Both the position numbers and the translations under genes were made by a program. From Sphyrna mokarran (Eukaryota), in the NCBI GenBank assembly GCA_024679065.1, contig JAGIQG010000013.1, positions 46,872,001 to 46,936,000 on the forward strand: a stretch of 64,000 bases of DNA, read 5' to 3'. Position 1 is the first letter of the stretch, and every line of letters begins with the position of its first letter. Below are positions 1 to 12,179 of this stretch, in pieces. Under the pieces are notes generated by a model. It was not told the origin of the DNA. It saw nothing but the letters and a program-made list of their open reading frames with translations, and searched no databases.

Positions 1-871
1 TAACTGCGATTGGAAAGTTTGGGCATGTTCCCAAATGTAGGATTCTTTGCCTATTTATAGAAATGAACGACACTGCTATCCTTAAGATAAGAAAATATTA
101 AAGGTGAACATGGTTTGATGCTCATTTATGTTTACATAGATAACCCCAAGAAGTTGAAAGCCTCAGTATCAAACAGTGCTCATCTTGCAACCTCCCAATA
201 TCGAGTATGACCCTTCTTGCCTGTCAAAAGCATCAGCACAGCTGCATCAATTTCAGAAAACTGAGATATTGGAATCACGAAGCGAGCTCTGGACAAAACA
301 CACAGATCTAGTACGTATTTTAAAATTGTAAACCTGTTACACATCAAGGCACGAGATTACATTGTTGCAGCATCTAGCTGCAAGATGTGATGCATCACTT
401 TAAATTATATCTACCAAATATGCAAAATGTCACTTTAAAAGGCACCATTCTGATAAAAAAAATACATTTGATTGTAAAGTAAATAGCACTTAACACAAAA
501 TGCTTGTTTTGTTCTAAAATATTTAAAATTAAGGTGAAGTGCTCGCTTTTATTTGTCCATTGTGATTGCATATATGCAGCCTGAAGTCAAGCATTTAGTC
601 CAAGTGCTCTAATCACTCGTTAGCTGAGTGAAATATAGCATACAAGGCAATTACAGAACCATGCAACCCTTACAACCTCCAAAAATGTGGCTTACAATTT
701 TTAACTGACATAACAGAAAAAGAAGGGAGGTCTCTCAGGCCCCACTCAGTTGATTCCCTGGTCAAGTATAAATAGATTGGAATTGTAGAATTAAGTTCTA
801 AACAATATCATTAATTCAATAAACTAGATTTAACTATAGAAAAGAAAAAAAAACAAAGCACTATGACTGAT

Positions 872-968
872 GGAATTCTGAAATAAAAATAGAAAGCATT
901 AGTAATACTTAGGCCTGGCAGCATCCATGGAAAATTAATACATCAGTTAGTAATCCTTCATCAAACTA
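872..968. mobile_element. Half copy of the Penelope-derived fold-back repeat
   Basis: ggaattctgaaataaaaatagaaagc...ggcagcatccatgga...ccttcatcaaac resembles the left arm of the hairpins at 4656 and 21018. Confidence 0.4.
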
Positions 969-1089
969 TAGAATGACATGTTATTACTCCTGTAGTTTAA
1001 TCTCCATATCAGAGGTCTTAGTGGTCAAGCCCACTGGCTACAGAATGGATGATACCACCACATTTTTTTTTATATAGGAAGGCTCAATT

Positions 1090-1475
1090 AATCCATGGGG
1101 GGGAGATGGGTGACAAAGTTAATGTCACAGCACTTATGGTACAGAGATCCAGATGAATATTCTGGGGAGATGGATGGAAATCCCACCACAGCATTTGGTG
1201 GAATTTAAAATCAATAAGCAAACATTCAAAATATAATGGTGACTGTCAATTATCACTGATTGTTGTAAAACCTCATCTGTTTCATTAATACTCCTCAGGG
1301 AATGAAATCTGCTATCCTTACCTAGTCTGACCTTCATGCATCTCAAGAACCATAGGCTTTACTCTTCCCTGTCCATTGAAGTGGCCTAGCAAGCCACTTA
1401 GTTCAAGGATAGTTAGGGATAGGCAAATGTTGACCTTGCCAGTGATGGCCACATTCTATTAAAGAACAAAGAAAA
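1090..1475 (+). mobile_element. tRNA-derived shark SINE with an L2/CR1-like LINE 3' tail
   Basis: Degenerate tRNA-like head (aatgtcac...aaatcccaccacagc). Body ggaatgaaatctgctatccttacctagtctg. Tail gttcaagg..ttagggataggcaaatgttgaccttgccagtgatggccacatt plus A-rich end; the same tail occurs on LINE ends at 15585, 35272 and 54140. Confidence 0.7.
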
Positions 1476-1664
1476 TTGTCAATTAAGAACATAACTGGAG
1501 CAGAGCAGGCTTTCCCAGATATGAAGGTATCTACGACCAAAAGTCCCAGTAGAGGACTGCTGGCCAATCAGTAGTTGGCAGCTCTATTAAACAGCAATGA
1601 AGAAACAAAGGACTGTCACCAATACGACAATATCTGTCACGTGAATGATACTGAGAGAGAGAGA

Positions 1665-2068
1665 TTGTGGATGGAGGGATTGTAGGAGAGAAAGGGGTCC
1701 GCAGCAAAGACAGGTTTGTGGCTTTCAATAGGCTTCCCTAATCAGATGCCAGGATTCTCAATCAGGTACTAAGAGCCTTAAACCCCCTCCAGGTAGCACC
1801 ACAAGCAACCTTGCACAGGCTTGCTTCTGATGTTGGTGGGCTCTGTCTATCATGGGTTAATATCAGCAGCAGTGGATGAGGCCCTTAAGTAATTCCCCAT
1901 TTGAAGTCCTCAATTAGCAGCAGTTTGGGAAGGTTATCTATGCGTCTTCCTGCCATGGACTTAATCAAGATGGAGGTGGAAAAGTTGATATGCGGTTACC
2001 ACTGATCAATTTCTCATTTGATTAAAGGGCACCAAAGTTGTCACAGAGAATGGCATTAAATTTTGCTC
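1665..2068. mobile_element. Decayed MITE-like non-autonomous DNA element
   Basis: Locally GC-richer block with gaggcccttaagt..caatta motifs, ending aaattttgctc like other MITE termini in the window. Confidence 0.3.
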
Positions 2069-2721
2069 ATTATATACTGATATATACGTGAAGGCAAACA
2101 AAATGGATCCTCCATATCATTTATGGCAAGTCAAACGTTCAGCCTGAAGAAAGGGATGCATGTATAGGACTACAACATTATAAATGCAAGGTTTATGAAG
2201 ATGATGATGAAATGTTGTTTGTGCCATCATCTCAGCCATCAACTGCAAGTTCAAAATAATTTTCAAAAGTTAAAGATGGTTACAACATAATGGGGAGAGG
2301 AGGCACAGAATTTGTTGGGGACGTGGTCCAAGATGTGTTTGTGGAGATTAAAATGTAAAACTTTGACGTGATTGGATTAATTGATTTAACTATACTTACA
2401 TATAAAATGAAGATCTACAGTGAAAGTCAGGGGAAAAAATGAAACTGATTACATGAAGTGATGCAAAATTTGTTCAAAATGAGAAATGGAAAAAAACCCA
2501 GAACACAGAAATAGTGGTGAAGCTTTTTTTTTCAGATGAAGAGAGCATGGAGGACTGCATATTACAAAGACCTTGTTCAAAACTCAATTGCAGCGACTTG
2601 GATAAGACATGGTAAAGCAGCACTGAAGGAAAACGTGCTTTGAAATATAGCCAAGAAATTGAAACCTACATTGGGATGCAAGGTAACTGCAGAGCCGGGT
2701 ACCAAAAACATACGAGAGCAA

Positions 2722-2930
2722 TAGAACATATTGGAAAAACTCAGCAGGTCTAGCAGCAGTGAAAAGAGAAACAGTGTTAACATTTCAGAGCCATGACCCT
2801 GCAGCAGAACACTGCGCTAGTTCTAACAAAGGTCATTAACCTGAAAAATTATCTGTTTTCTCACTACAAATCTGCCACACCTGCTGAGAATGATCAGAAT
2901 TTTCTATTTCTCTTGTCGGTTTTCATCATC
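2722..2930. mobile_element. Penelope-derived fold-back (inverted repeat) element with degenerate hammerhead motifs
   Basis: actcagcaggtctagcagc...atgaccctgcagcagaac pairs with gttctaacaaaggtcat...acctgctgag. Confidence 0.65.
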
Positions 2931-3039
2931 CACCTTTGCTCACCGCATCATAAAACTGCATAGCTGGGTTAGAAATATAAATTCAGAGACAGGGTTGCAT
3001 ATCACTTTTCTCTCATGCAGAATGGTTTAGCACATGTTG

Positions 3040-3302
3040 TTAGGAAATGGACTGAGCATCAGGAGACCAAGTAGGGAAAATAGATAGGTACTCTGGCTGG
3101 CAGGATGTGAGTAATGGTGTCCCTCAAGGATTTGTTTCGGGACTTCAGCATGTTCATCAAATTAATTAACCAGTTAGATGTTAGAGGAGGAGGCCACATA
3201 TCCAAGACTGCTGGTGACACAAAGATAGACGGCATTATAAACTGTGCAGCTGGAAACTTACGGTGGGATATTAAAAGTTTCAGTGAATGAGCAAAACTGT
3301 GC
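3040..3302 (+). mobile_element. Old CR1 LINE RT fragment
   Basis: ggtgtccctcaagga = GVPQG; tccaagactgctggtgacacaaag resembles SKFADDTK. Confidence 0.75.
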
Positions 3303-3506
3303 TTGAAATGAGGTATATGGTGAACATAAATAATCAGCTTGAAACAGGCAAAGGAATAGGTTTGTGCTATATGCTTTGTTTAACTGGTAGCTGCTTTTTG
3401 ATTTTGATTCCTTCGGATGAACCTAGAGCAATGATTAATCTCAAGTAATGATGATAGGCTTGAACACTGTGCCATAGTTCAATAAATGAACAAATAGATA
3501 ACGCTA

Positions 3507-4541
3507 TTGAGGTTGGTTAGCTGATAAAAGACAGAGGGTTGTGGTTGATGGGAAATATTCATCCTGGAATTCAGTTACAAGTGGTGCATCTGAGGGCTCT
3601 GTTTTGGGGCCACTGCTGTTTGTCATTTTTATAAATGACCTAGATGAGTGCGTAGGTTAGTAAATTTGCTAACGACACCAAAGTCGGAGGAGTTGTAAAC
3701 AGTGAGGATGGATATTACAGTTGCAGAGGGACTTAGATAAACTGCAGAGCGGGGCTGAGAGGTGGCAAATGGACTTTAATGCGAAAAAGTGAGAGGTGAT
3801 TAACTTTGGTAAGAGTAACAGGAGTACAGAATATAGGGTTAATGAAAGGACTCTTGGTAGTGTCGACGAGCAGACACATCTCGGTGTACATGTGCATAGA
3901 TCTCTGAAAGTTGACACCCAGGTTGATAAGGTTGTTAAGACATACGGTGTGATAGCTTTTATTGGTAGAGAGATTGAATTTCGGAGCCGTAAGGTCATGT
4001 TGCAACTGTACAAAACTCTGCTGTGGCCGCACTTGGAGTATTGCGTACAGTTCTGGTCGCTGCATTATAAGAAAGATGTGGAGGCATTAGAAAGGGTGCA
4101 GAGGATATTTACCAGGATGTTGCCTGGTATGATGGGAAGGCCTTATGAGGAAAGGTTGAGGAACTTGAGGTTATTTTCGTTAGAGAGAAGGTTAAGAGGT
4201 CACCTAATTGAGGCATACAAGATGATCAGAGGGACAGCGAGAGCCTTTTTCCTCGGATGGTGATGGCTACTACGAGAGGACGTAGCTTTAAATTAAGGGG
4301 TGGTAATTATAGGACAACATCAGAGGTAGGTTCTTTACTCAGAAGGTAGTAAGAACATGGAATGCCCTGTCTGCAGCAGTTGTGGATTCACCAACTTTAA
4401 GGGCATTGAAATAGTCAGTGGATAGGCATATGGATAACATTGGAATAGTTTAGGTTAGAGGGTCATTAGATTGGTTCCACTGGTCAGCGCAATATCGAGG
4501 GCTGAAGGGCCAGTACTGTGTTGTAATGTTCTATGTTCTAT
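3507..4541 (+). mobile_element. 5'-truncated CR1 LINE (HER1-like): RT C-terminus and 3' UTR
   Basis: [25 protein letters not shown] and ORF 3796-4263 (MLQLYKTLLWPHLEYCVQFWS...LERVQRIFTRMLPGM). Ends in a gttctatgttcta tail; frameshifted. Confidence 0.93.
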
Positions 4542-4655
4542 TACAAAACTGAGTCAGACTTTTCTTTTAAGCTTGCTTATTTAGAATGGCTGCCGAAATG
4601 TAGAAATTAGTTGGTTTATCAGAATAGAATGAGTTACATTAATGAATTACAATAC

Positions 4656-4863
4656 TTCAAAATAAAAACAGAAAATGCTGGAGAAACTCAGCAGGTCTGA
4701 CATCATCTGTGGAGAGAGAATAGAGCTAACATTTCAAGTCTGGATAGTGCAGAGTCAGAGTATTGGCTCTATGCTCCTTCCATAGATGTTGCCAGACCTG
4801 CTGAGATTCACCTGCATTTTCTGTTTTTGTTTAAGATTCTAGCATCTGCAGCATTTTGTCTTT
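4656..4863. mobile_element. Penelope-derived fold-back element
   Basis: aaaaacagaaaatgctggagaaactcagcaggtctgacatcatctgtgga is inverted-complementary to tccatagatgttgccagacctgctgagattcacctgcattttctgttttt. Confidence 0.75.
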
Positions 4864-5159
4864 ACCATAATTCAAAAGTTTGACAAAAAAAAGGACAGTG
4901 GACAGAATGGCCATAAAGGAAGAGCTCAGTAAACAGACCTTGTGAACAGTTCTGAGCATAAGTAAATGATGATAACACAAGAGGGAGATCATGAAACTTT
5001 TGGGAGTTAGTTTGACAGCTGGAGATGGAATGTCACTCACTGGGCAGCATGGAACTAATCAGGAAGAGTAGAAATGGTACAAAATAAGGAAAGGATAAGA
5101 CAAAAACTTGATTGCATGCACCTTCTGTTCAGGATAAAGGTCAGGAAGTTAATGACTGC

Positions 5160-5258
5160 TGCACACCTTCACCTGATGAAGGGACAGCGCTTCGAAAGTT
5201 TGTGCTACCAAATAAACCTGTTGGACTTTAACCTAGCATTTTGAAACTTATACTGTGC
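5160..5258 (+). mobile_element. Penelope-like element 3' terminal repeat fragment
   Basis: cacctgatgaaggg..cgaaagtttgtgctaccaaataaacctgttggactttaacct...tactgtg is homologous to the Penelope end at 55507-55640 (- strand). Confidence 0.75.
5170..5204 (+). ncRNA. Minimal type I hammerhead ribozyme motif (stem II degenerate)
   Basis: CAC-CUGAUGA-A-GGGAC agc GCUUC-GAAA-GUUU-GUG: both core boxes intact, stem I CAC/GUG. Confidence 0.55.
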
Positions 5259-5807
5259 ATAACATTAAAATGCAGGCGTTCACTCTATGGAATGGACACT
5301 CAGCTGCATTTTAATTGGGTAGATTGAAACAAAGTAAATCATTATAGGATGATAGTCTTATCAAAAATCCATCCAGGCGTCTGCTGCTTAAAAAACATCA
5401 AGGAAGAGACTTTGGGCTATTTTGGTGTAGATGGGTGGGGTATAAGAAGACATTTAAAGAAGTGTGGTTCAGGAAGACAAGACAATTAGTACACAAAGAA
5501 CTATAAACAAAAGAAAGAAAGAACTGCTGCATTCGTTCAGCAAGATCTGGATCAGTACACACAGCAACTTTTCATTTAAAAAAGTTATAATTGTGCTCCT
5601 GAAAAATGTGTTATTAAGTGAATCATAGCTTCATCGCTTCCTCTAGGAATCAACAGGAGTTAGGTTCCTTAGAATATCTTTTGCCGAGAAAAGACAAATT
5701 GAAATACATGTGCAATATTCTGGATTCGCAGCTCACATAACTTGCAAAATAAATTGCTAAAGATCAAAGAAGTGCCATGCAAGTTCAAATTAGATCACAC
5801 TCACTAG

Positions 5808-6107
5808 ATTGTCTTCTTAGGGAGTCCTTTGGGTTGGGAGGTGACTTGTTGCTGCTCCAGTTCGATGGTGTTGAGATGAATGACAAGTCCAATGCATGGT
5901 CGGCAGACTCTGCCACTCTTGGAGTAGGCCTTGCTTGAAGGATCAGCAAGATGAGTTCTTTTTATACTTTCTCCACCATCTGAACCTCTCCCCAGCACAT
6001 TCCAGGTGAAGTCTCAACTGTATTTGATGTTTTCACTAATGAATTTTCTCCCACTTTATTCAGTCACAGTAGTTAGTGGAGATGTCTGGCCTCTTCAAGG
6101 AGGACAT
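5808..6107 (-). mobile_element. RTE (BovB-like) LINE 3' end
   Basis: Minus translation SKSGRVCRPCIGLVIHLNT resembles the RTE C-terminal CxxCGRxCxSRIGLxSH motif. It is followed by a caagtcacctcc..aagggactccctaagaagac tail. Confidence 0.7.
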
Positions 6108-7939
6108 ATCTAAATTGTTCCAGTAGTGATGACTTTAAATGATTAATGTCTCACTCAGATTTCTCACTGACTTTAAAAGGCCGCTCTGCCTTCTGACTTG
6201 CAGTGTTAAACATAAGGGCTGCAATTTATCTCTGGAGTCAGGGTCCTGAAAGGTAAGTACTGTATTTTTCATGCAAAAAGCCCCAAGACATGGAAAGCAA
6301 GTTTATCTTGTGTACTGTACAATAACAAATGTTGCATCCATCAAATGATTATAGAATGAGCCTTTTGCCTCACCTGACAGAAAGTTCTACAGCAACAGAC
6401 ACATACTGCGGCACAAACTTTAAAATCAGCTTGAAGAGTCAAGAAAAAGGGTATTTTCTGTGAGCAGGTGAGGCTTCAACTTCTTCCTTGCAAAAATAAA
6501 TCCTGGTTTGTTTGAAACTTTTCCATGAAGAAAATTTAAAGTTCAAGAAAAAAAATTAGAGATTATTTTCAGTGCAATTGAACCTCTCCCCTCATTTAAT
6601 TCAGAAGAGCACCAATCACAAGCCCCAATGGTCAAGCTAATGAGAAACAGTGATACAAATTGATGCAAAACAATGCAGAACAATGATGTGCAGCAACAAT
6701 GCAAAACAATAATATCTGAACTGAAAACATAAATTGGGAATTTCAACCCAAAGAACCGTGAGCTTTAAAACAAAATTACTTAAAGCAAGAACATGCTGCA
6801 CTTGGCACGGCCATACATTTGCACCACAATTAGTATGTTCTGTTCCATCCTACATACTGATTAAACTCAATATACCCACCAGGTTAGTTGCAGTTGATGC
6901 TGATTAAGTAGATTGTGATAATGTCAACTACTTCAATCATGAAACTTAGTACAAATGTGGGAAAATGCATGGCTTAGCCGCTTGGGGTATCAAAAGGGCT
7001 GGAATACTATTCCCCTGCGTTCTCTCCTGCCTTTGCATGGAATAGACTCGTGGAGCAGGATAGTATTGTAAAATTGAGTAATCAGATAACATGCAAGGTA
7101 GGTTTCCAGCAACTCTCCTGCAGGTTAGTCATTTGAGGCCCCATGGGGATAGGGGCATTGTAAAGAGGCAGGGAGGATCTTAAGACAGTCTCCTTTCTTT
7201 TCATTAAATTTTGATTTGGAACTTGTGTCAATCAAGTTAATATACAATTGCCGAACATGGATAGCCTTATCAGCAAAGCACATACTGTTCGTATATACTC
7301 TTCTTAAAACATCTTGGAAGAAAGTTATCATCCTCCTCATGCTAATCTGTCAAACTACAGTATTTTTGAAAGGAAATATTCAAAGCATTGAAGATTGTTA
7401 ACCATTTCACTGATTTTTCCTAAAGGATGCTGACATGCAAGGTAATATTACTTTTTGACCCACATTACCTTTTTGAAATACTCTGCCCATTTGTTACATT
7501 AATTCTAACTCCTAGATTTAGTTTAAATTTAGCCTTTTTTTTCTATTTCCACATCACTGCTCCTTACAGTTGCAAATAGCTTCCAGTTTGGGTATCTTAT
7601 TTCTCATATTCTTGGAATTCTTGATTTGTTTCATTACAGGTTGACTTCTTTGCCTATTTTTGATTTTAGTTTACAGGCATGTATAATTATCCCCAAATGT
7701 GGAAAGAGAAGGGCTTTGAAGCAGTGAATTATTGTAGGGTAGCCAATGAACACCGGAAAAGTATTAAATTATTGGAGATGTTTTAATCCAGTGGCCACTT
7801 TCTATGATTTTAAAGAAACTCATTTTTCTCTCTTCCATTCCAAAAAAATTGGAAATATTTGAGAACAAATTCGAGGGTGATATGTGGAACAATAACCTAG
7901 AATCAGCATTTTCAAAATGGCCAACCAGACTGCCGTAAG

Positions 7940-8790
7940 TGCTATAATTTGGTTTAGGTAGATTTCTAAAAGATATTTGATAAAATATCATATAAAAGGT
8001 TATTAATTAAGCTCATGTGTTGATGGATTTCAGGGCAATACCTGAAAATTACTGATGGGTAGAAAACATTTGTTTGTCGTGTCTGTAAAGTGCCTTGGAG
8101 TGTTTTACATGCTGTTGAGTCATGTCAGAATGCCATGAGAAAGGGTAATGAAAACAGAGCAAGGTACTTAGAAATAACAACAAGTTCAATAAGATATGCA
8201 TAATGGGAGATTACATTTTAATGCAGACAAGTGTTAAGTCTAAATACAAGATAGACAGGAAACATGTTCCAAGAATGGTGTTGAAATAGCTGGGACAAAG
8301 TGGCAGAAAACCTAGTCTCATTGCACTTGGCACCAGAAATATCGAACAGCAACCAATGCAGCCGTGAAGGGATATCTATCAACATTAGCACGATCATACC
8401 GCATATTATCTATCAGACTGCATTCACTTCTGCTCATTAAGAAATGAGAAGAGCATCTGGAGAGAGTGCAGAAAAAGGGACAAAATATTGATTTCCTACT
8501 GTCTTGGGTCTGAATTCTAAGAAAAGATGAAAGAAACAAGCTTAAGACAAGAAAACAGTCATCTATGAGTAATCTCGTCAAGGTGCAAGATTTTTAATGG
8601 TGGATCATAGAATATTGCTTCAAATAAAATGGTATTCAAAAATACAACAAGGCTCAAAGAAAAGCAACTAGTGAAACCATAATTTTAAGAATGATACCTG
8701 AAATTCTCTTCAGAATACGTGGAATCAATTTTGCAAGTCACTGAAGGAACAAGTGGGCATTGACAAAGGAAACATTCCGCTACATATTTG
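7940..8790 (+). mobile_element. Highly decayed CR1 LINE fragment
   Basis: atttctaaaagatatttgataaa (DFxKAFDK-like), tttaatgcagacaagtgtta (FNADKC), ctggagagagtgcagaaaa (LERVQK). Confidence 0.55.
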
Positions 8791-10061
8791 ACAAAATAAC
8801 AGATTTAATGATGCTCAACGTTGGCAATGTTCCGGGGATGACAAGGTATCAAAGCGAAAAATCGAGATTTGGTCAATTTTCAGTGTTCCACATTTGCCTT
8901 GCAAATATGGTAATTGGCTTCCATTTTATCTGTTAAGAACTTGTTGGATTTTCACATTAATCAATCATTAAATTTGCTGCAAAACATTACAGCTCCTCAT
9001 CATTAAATTAATTAATTTTCAACACTGATAGTTATGAATGCAAAGACACTCAATACTCCAGCCAACAAAAGGAACAATTTAAACTTTTGAGCATCATTCT
9101 ACTTGTAGTGAATTTTTCTTGGTGATTGCAGAAGTTTCAACTTTACTGTTACTCTCCTGTTTTTTTTTCCTCTTTCTCATAAGCAATTTTCTGTTTCTAT
9201 TTTTATCTTTGTACCTAATTTGACTTTAATTCAGCCTTCAACATAATTTGTCAGTTTTTTGGCCTCAGTCCTCAAATGGTGATGGTTAAATAGATATTGA
9301 ATAACTGGACCAACAATTTTAAGGTTTTGAAAATTATGCTTAAGCTGAAAGCCCAACTCCAGCAAGATTTGGTCTATTCCGATTTATCTGGAATCGAGAT
9401 GGAATGAATGGCTTTCTTCAACTGTAAATCAATCCTGTCAACTTTAACATCTTCAAATTTAAAGAGACAGGCTTTATATCATGTGATATAGAAAATAGCT
9501 CAGTCCTGTAGACTACACCCTTCCCTACAGGCATTTTCCTTACTTCAACCAAATTATCCAATAAATACCATGAAAGCTAATCAATCTTGAATTAATACAA
9601 ATACAGTCATAATTTCAATTGGAATTCACCCCTTAAATCATAAGAAATCCAATGGTGCAGAAATACTACCAGAATATTGCCTTTCAGCAGTAATTAAGTG
9701 ATTCAGTTCACAACCACACTAGAGCTAAGCACATTTTAGAATCAAGTCAGTGCATTCACCATGGCCCAATTAATTGTACCATCTTAGTCACAGTGACTGG
9801 ATAAGCTCCACACAGTCTGATCATCAAAAGCAAGGAATTCAATCCCTATTCAAACTGGAAGACTTAGGGCGCCCTACCCATAGTGAAAAAACATTGTGCC
9901 ATGGTGTGGCTCAGCAAATAATCATCAAGGACTTGCCTTTGGGAAGAGAACTTGTGAAGGAAACAAAGAAATCCATACGACTGCAAGGATCAACATTTAA
10001 GAATAAAGATGAATGTCAGGACAATCTTGGATTTATAGAGATTCCTCTATAAAGCTATATG

Positions 10062-10208
10062 ACGCCTCATGGTGCCAGAGACCAAGGTTCGATTCTCAGC
10101 TTGGGTCACTGTCTGTACGTGGAGTTTGCACATTCTCCTAGTGTCTCCATGGGTTTCCTCCCACAGTCCAAAAATATGTAGGTTAGGTTGATTGGACATG
10201 CTAAATTG
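10062..10208 (+). mobile_element. HE1/V-SINE partial
   Basis: B-box ggttcgattc, V-domain gtggagtttgcacattctcc...ccacagtccaaa..ggttaggttgattgg. Confidence 0.85.
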
Positions 10209-11333
10209 TTTCTTTATATTTGTTTTGCAGTTTTTTCTTCATGTAACACCCTCACAAATATAAGAAAACAGTGTTAGAACTGAAATACACAATTTATTGA
10301 CTGCACATTTTTTAAAAGCCAGGCCTCCAAACATCACCACCCTCACCTTCCACCAACTCCCAACCTGTGAACTTTCCTTTGAGTTGGCTAATCATAACAA
10401 TGATATAAAATCATGAACTACTTAATTAAATTGGGAGCAACTGCATCTCTTGAGACACTGTAAGAACTCCAAAGGACTTTAAAAGATTTTTTGATATCCT
10501 TATAGATGGACCGTGTCACATGTCACCTTCAAAACACATTTTTGCTGAATATCTTGGATGAAATGAAAACACGTTTTAATAGCTTGAGACACCTAATCAT
10601 TTGCAGAAAATTGTTAGATTCTTACGGCATAACAACGTGGACTTCACGATATTGAAATTTCCTTACATTGGATGCCATCACAAAAAAATTCTACTTGCAA
10701 CATAATTGCTTTTTTCAAAGGAAAATATCTATAATTAAATTATTAAAAAGGCATCAAAAGAATTCCAAACTTTACAGAATTCACAATGCCTTGATTATAC
10801 TGTGTACAATTCTCCATTGACATTTTGTGGTATGCTCATAAAAAACAGATAAATAAACAAAAACTAATCTCTCATATAGAAAATTACAATTTCAATTTTT
10901 TAAAAAATGGTTGGTTTGTAAATACTTATTTTTACTGACCTGTCCTACAACATTGCTCCCCTTGAAATCTTTTCATTTGCTCATTTTCTAAAGTTGATAA
11001 CATTGGTTTAAAGGGCTTTGCATGTCCCGGGTCTGAAGGATTCGCTAACAAACCACATTTGGTGATTTGGTCTTAAAATGGATAATCTCAATGAAAATAC
11101 TTCAGTTGAGTCATAGCCATAGATGTACATGGCAGAGAAAAAGGCCCCTTGGTCCACTGTATTTGTGCTGATCAAAGACAAACAGCCTAACTATTCGAAT
11201 CCCATTCTCTAACACTTGACTCATAGCCTTGTATGCCTGGGCATCACAAATGCACATCTAATTACATAAATGTTGAGGGTCTCTGCTTCCACCACTTTTG
11301 CAGACTAAGGGTTCCAGACTCCTATCATCCTTT

Positions 11334-11582
11334 CGGTATGTGGTAGCATAGCCCTTTTAAATGGGCATTCCTTGAGGGCCATGTGATCAGGCCAGACCCG
11401 ATGGAGTGTTAAGGCAGGAAGCTGAGCCAGTCAAGCGCAAGGACATGTATCCCAGGTTGGAGACAATCCTCAGCTGGAATGTTGTTCAGTCACAGTTATT
11501 CTGCTTGACCCTACTAGTATAAATTTGTTAGCAATTAAGCTTTTTGTTACTCAAGTTTCATCAAGCCAGCCTCAACTTATTA
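11334..11582 (+). mobile_element. Candidate solo LTR inserted in CR1
   Basis: About 250 bp of unrelated sequence splitting the CR1 (catccttt|...|tggggtgaaaaag). Starts near tgtggtagcatagcccttttaaatggg and contains catgtgatca; no clean terminal CA. Confidence 0.4.
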
Positions 11583-11893
11583 TGGGGTGAAAAAGTTTTT
11601 CCTCACATCTTGTGTAAACATCCAGCCCTTTACCTAATCCATGCCCCTCTAAGTCATTGATCCCTTCACCAAGAGGATGGGCAGGGGGCGGAATTCCTGT
11701 CTACCCTATGCCTTACTTTTATAGATCTCAATCAATTTCCGGCTCACTCTCCTCTGTTCCAAAAACGTCAACCAGTCTATTCAATCACACTTCACAACTG
11801 AAACTCTCCAATGCAGGCAACATCCTCGTAATTCTCCTCCACACCCTTTCCAACGCTATCATATCCACTCTAAAAATGTGGATACCAAAACTG

Positions 11894-12179
11894 AACAAAG
11901 AACAAAACAGCACGGGAAACAGGCCCTTCGGCCCAACGAGCCCGCGCCGCCACCCCAATATTCCTACCTCTACCCGCGATCCCTGTCCATATTTATAGAT
12001 CTATGGATTAAAAACCAAATTTGAGATAATTTAGGGAGAATTTGTTTTGCCAATTAGCCTATGAGCACATCTTTGGGATGTGGGGGGAGACCCACGCAAG
12101 CAAGGGGAGAATGCGCAAATTCCCACAGACACAGGCCCAAATCCATGTATCTGCACAGCACAGCGACAGTCAAATGGTC
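11894..12179 (-). mobile_element. HE1/V-SINE variant with AACTG target-site duplication
   Basis: V-domain rc (cacatctttgggatgtggg..acccacgcaag..gggagaatgcgcaaa); AACTG at 11889-11893 and 12180-12184. Confidence 0.75.

Noticed and set aside
180-288. Minus-strand acceptor (ttttgtccag) followed by ARFVIPISQFSEIDAAVLMLLTG...
   Set aside because: No good GT donor before the stop, and the peptide is unrecognised
3796-4263. Longest ORF (155 aa) as a host gene
   Set aside because: It is a fragment of CR1 ORF2 within a frameshifted, truncated LINE
6204-6252. Plus-strand micro-exon with aag|gtaagt donor
   Set aside because: 49 nt, isolated, no recognisable peptide; expected by chance
11686-11697. 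gggggcggaatt inside CR1, identical to the MITE end at 36798
   Set aside because: Too short to distinguish a TIR relic from chance
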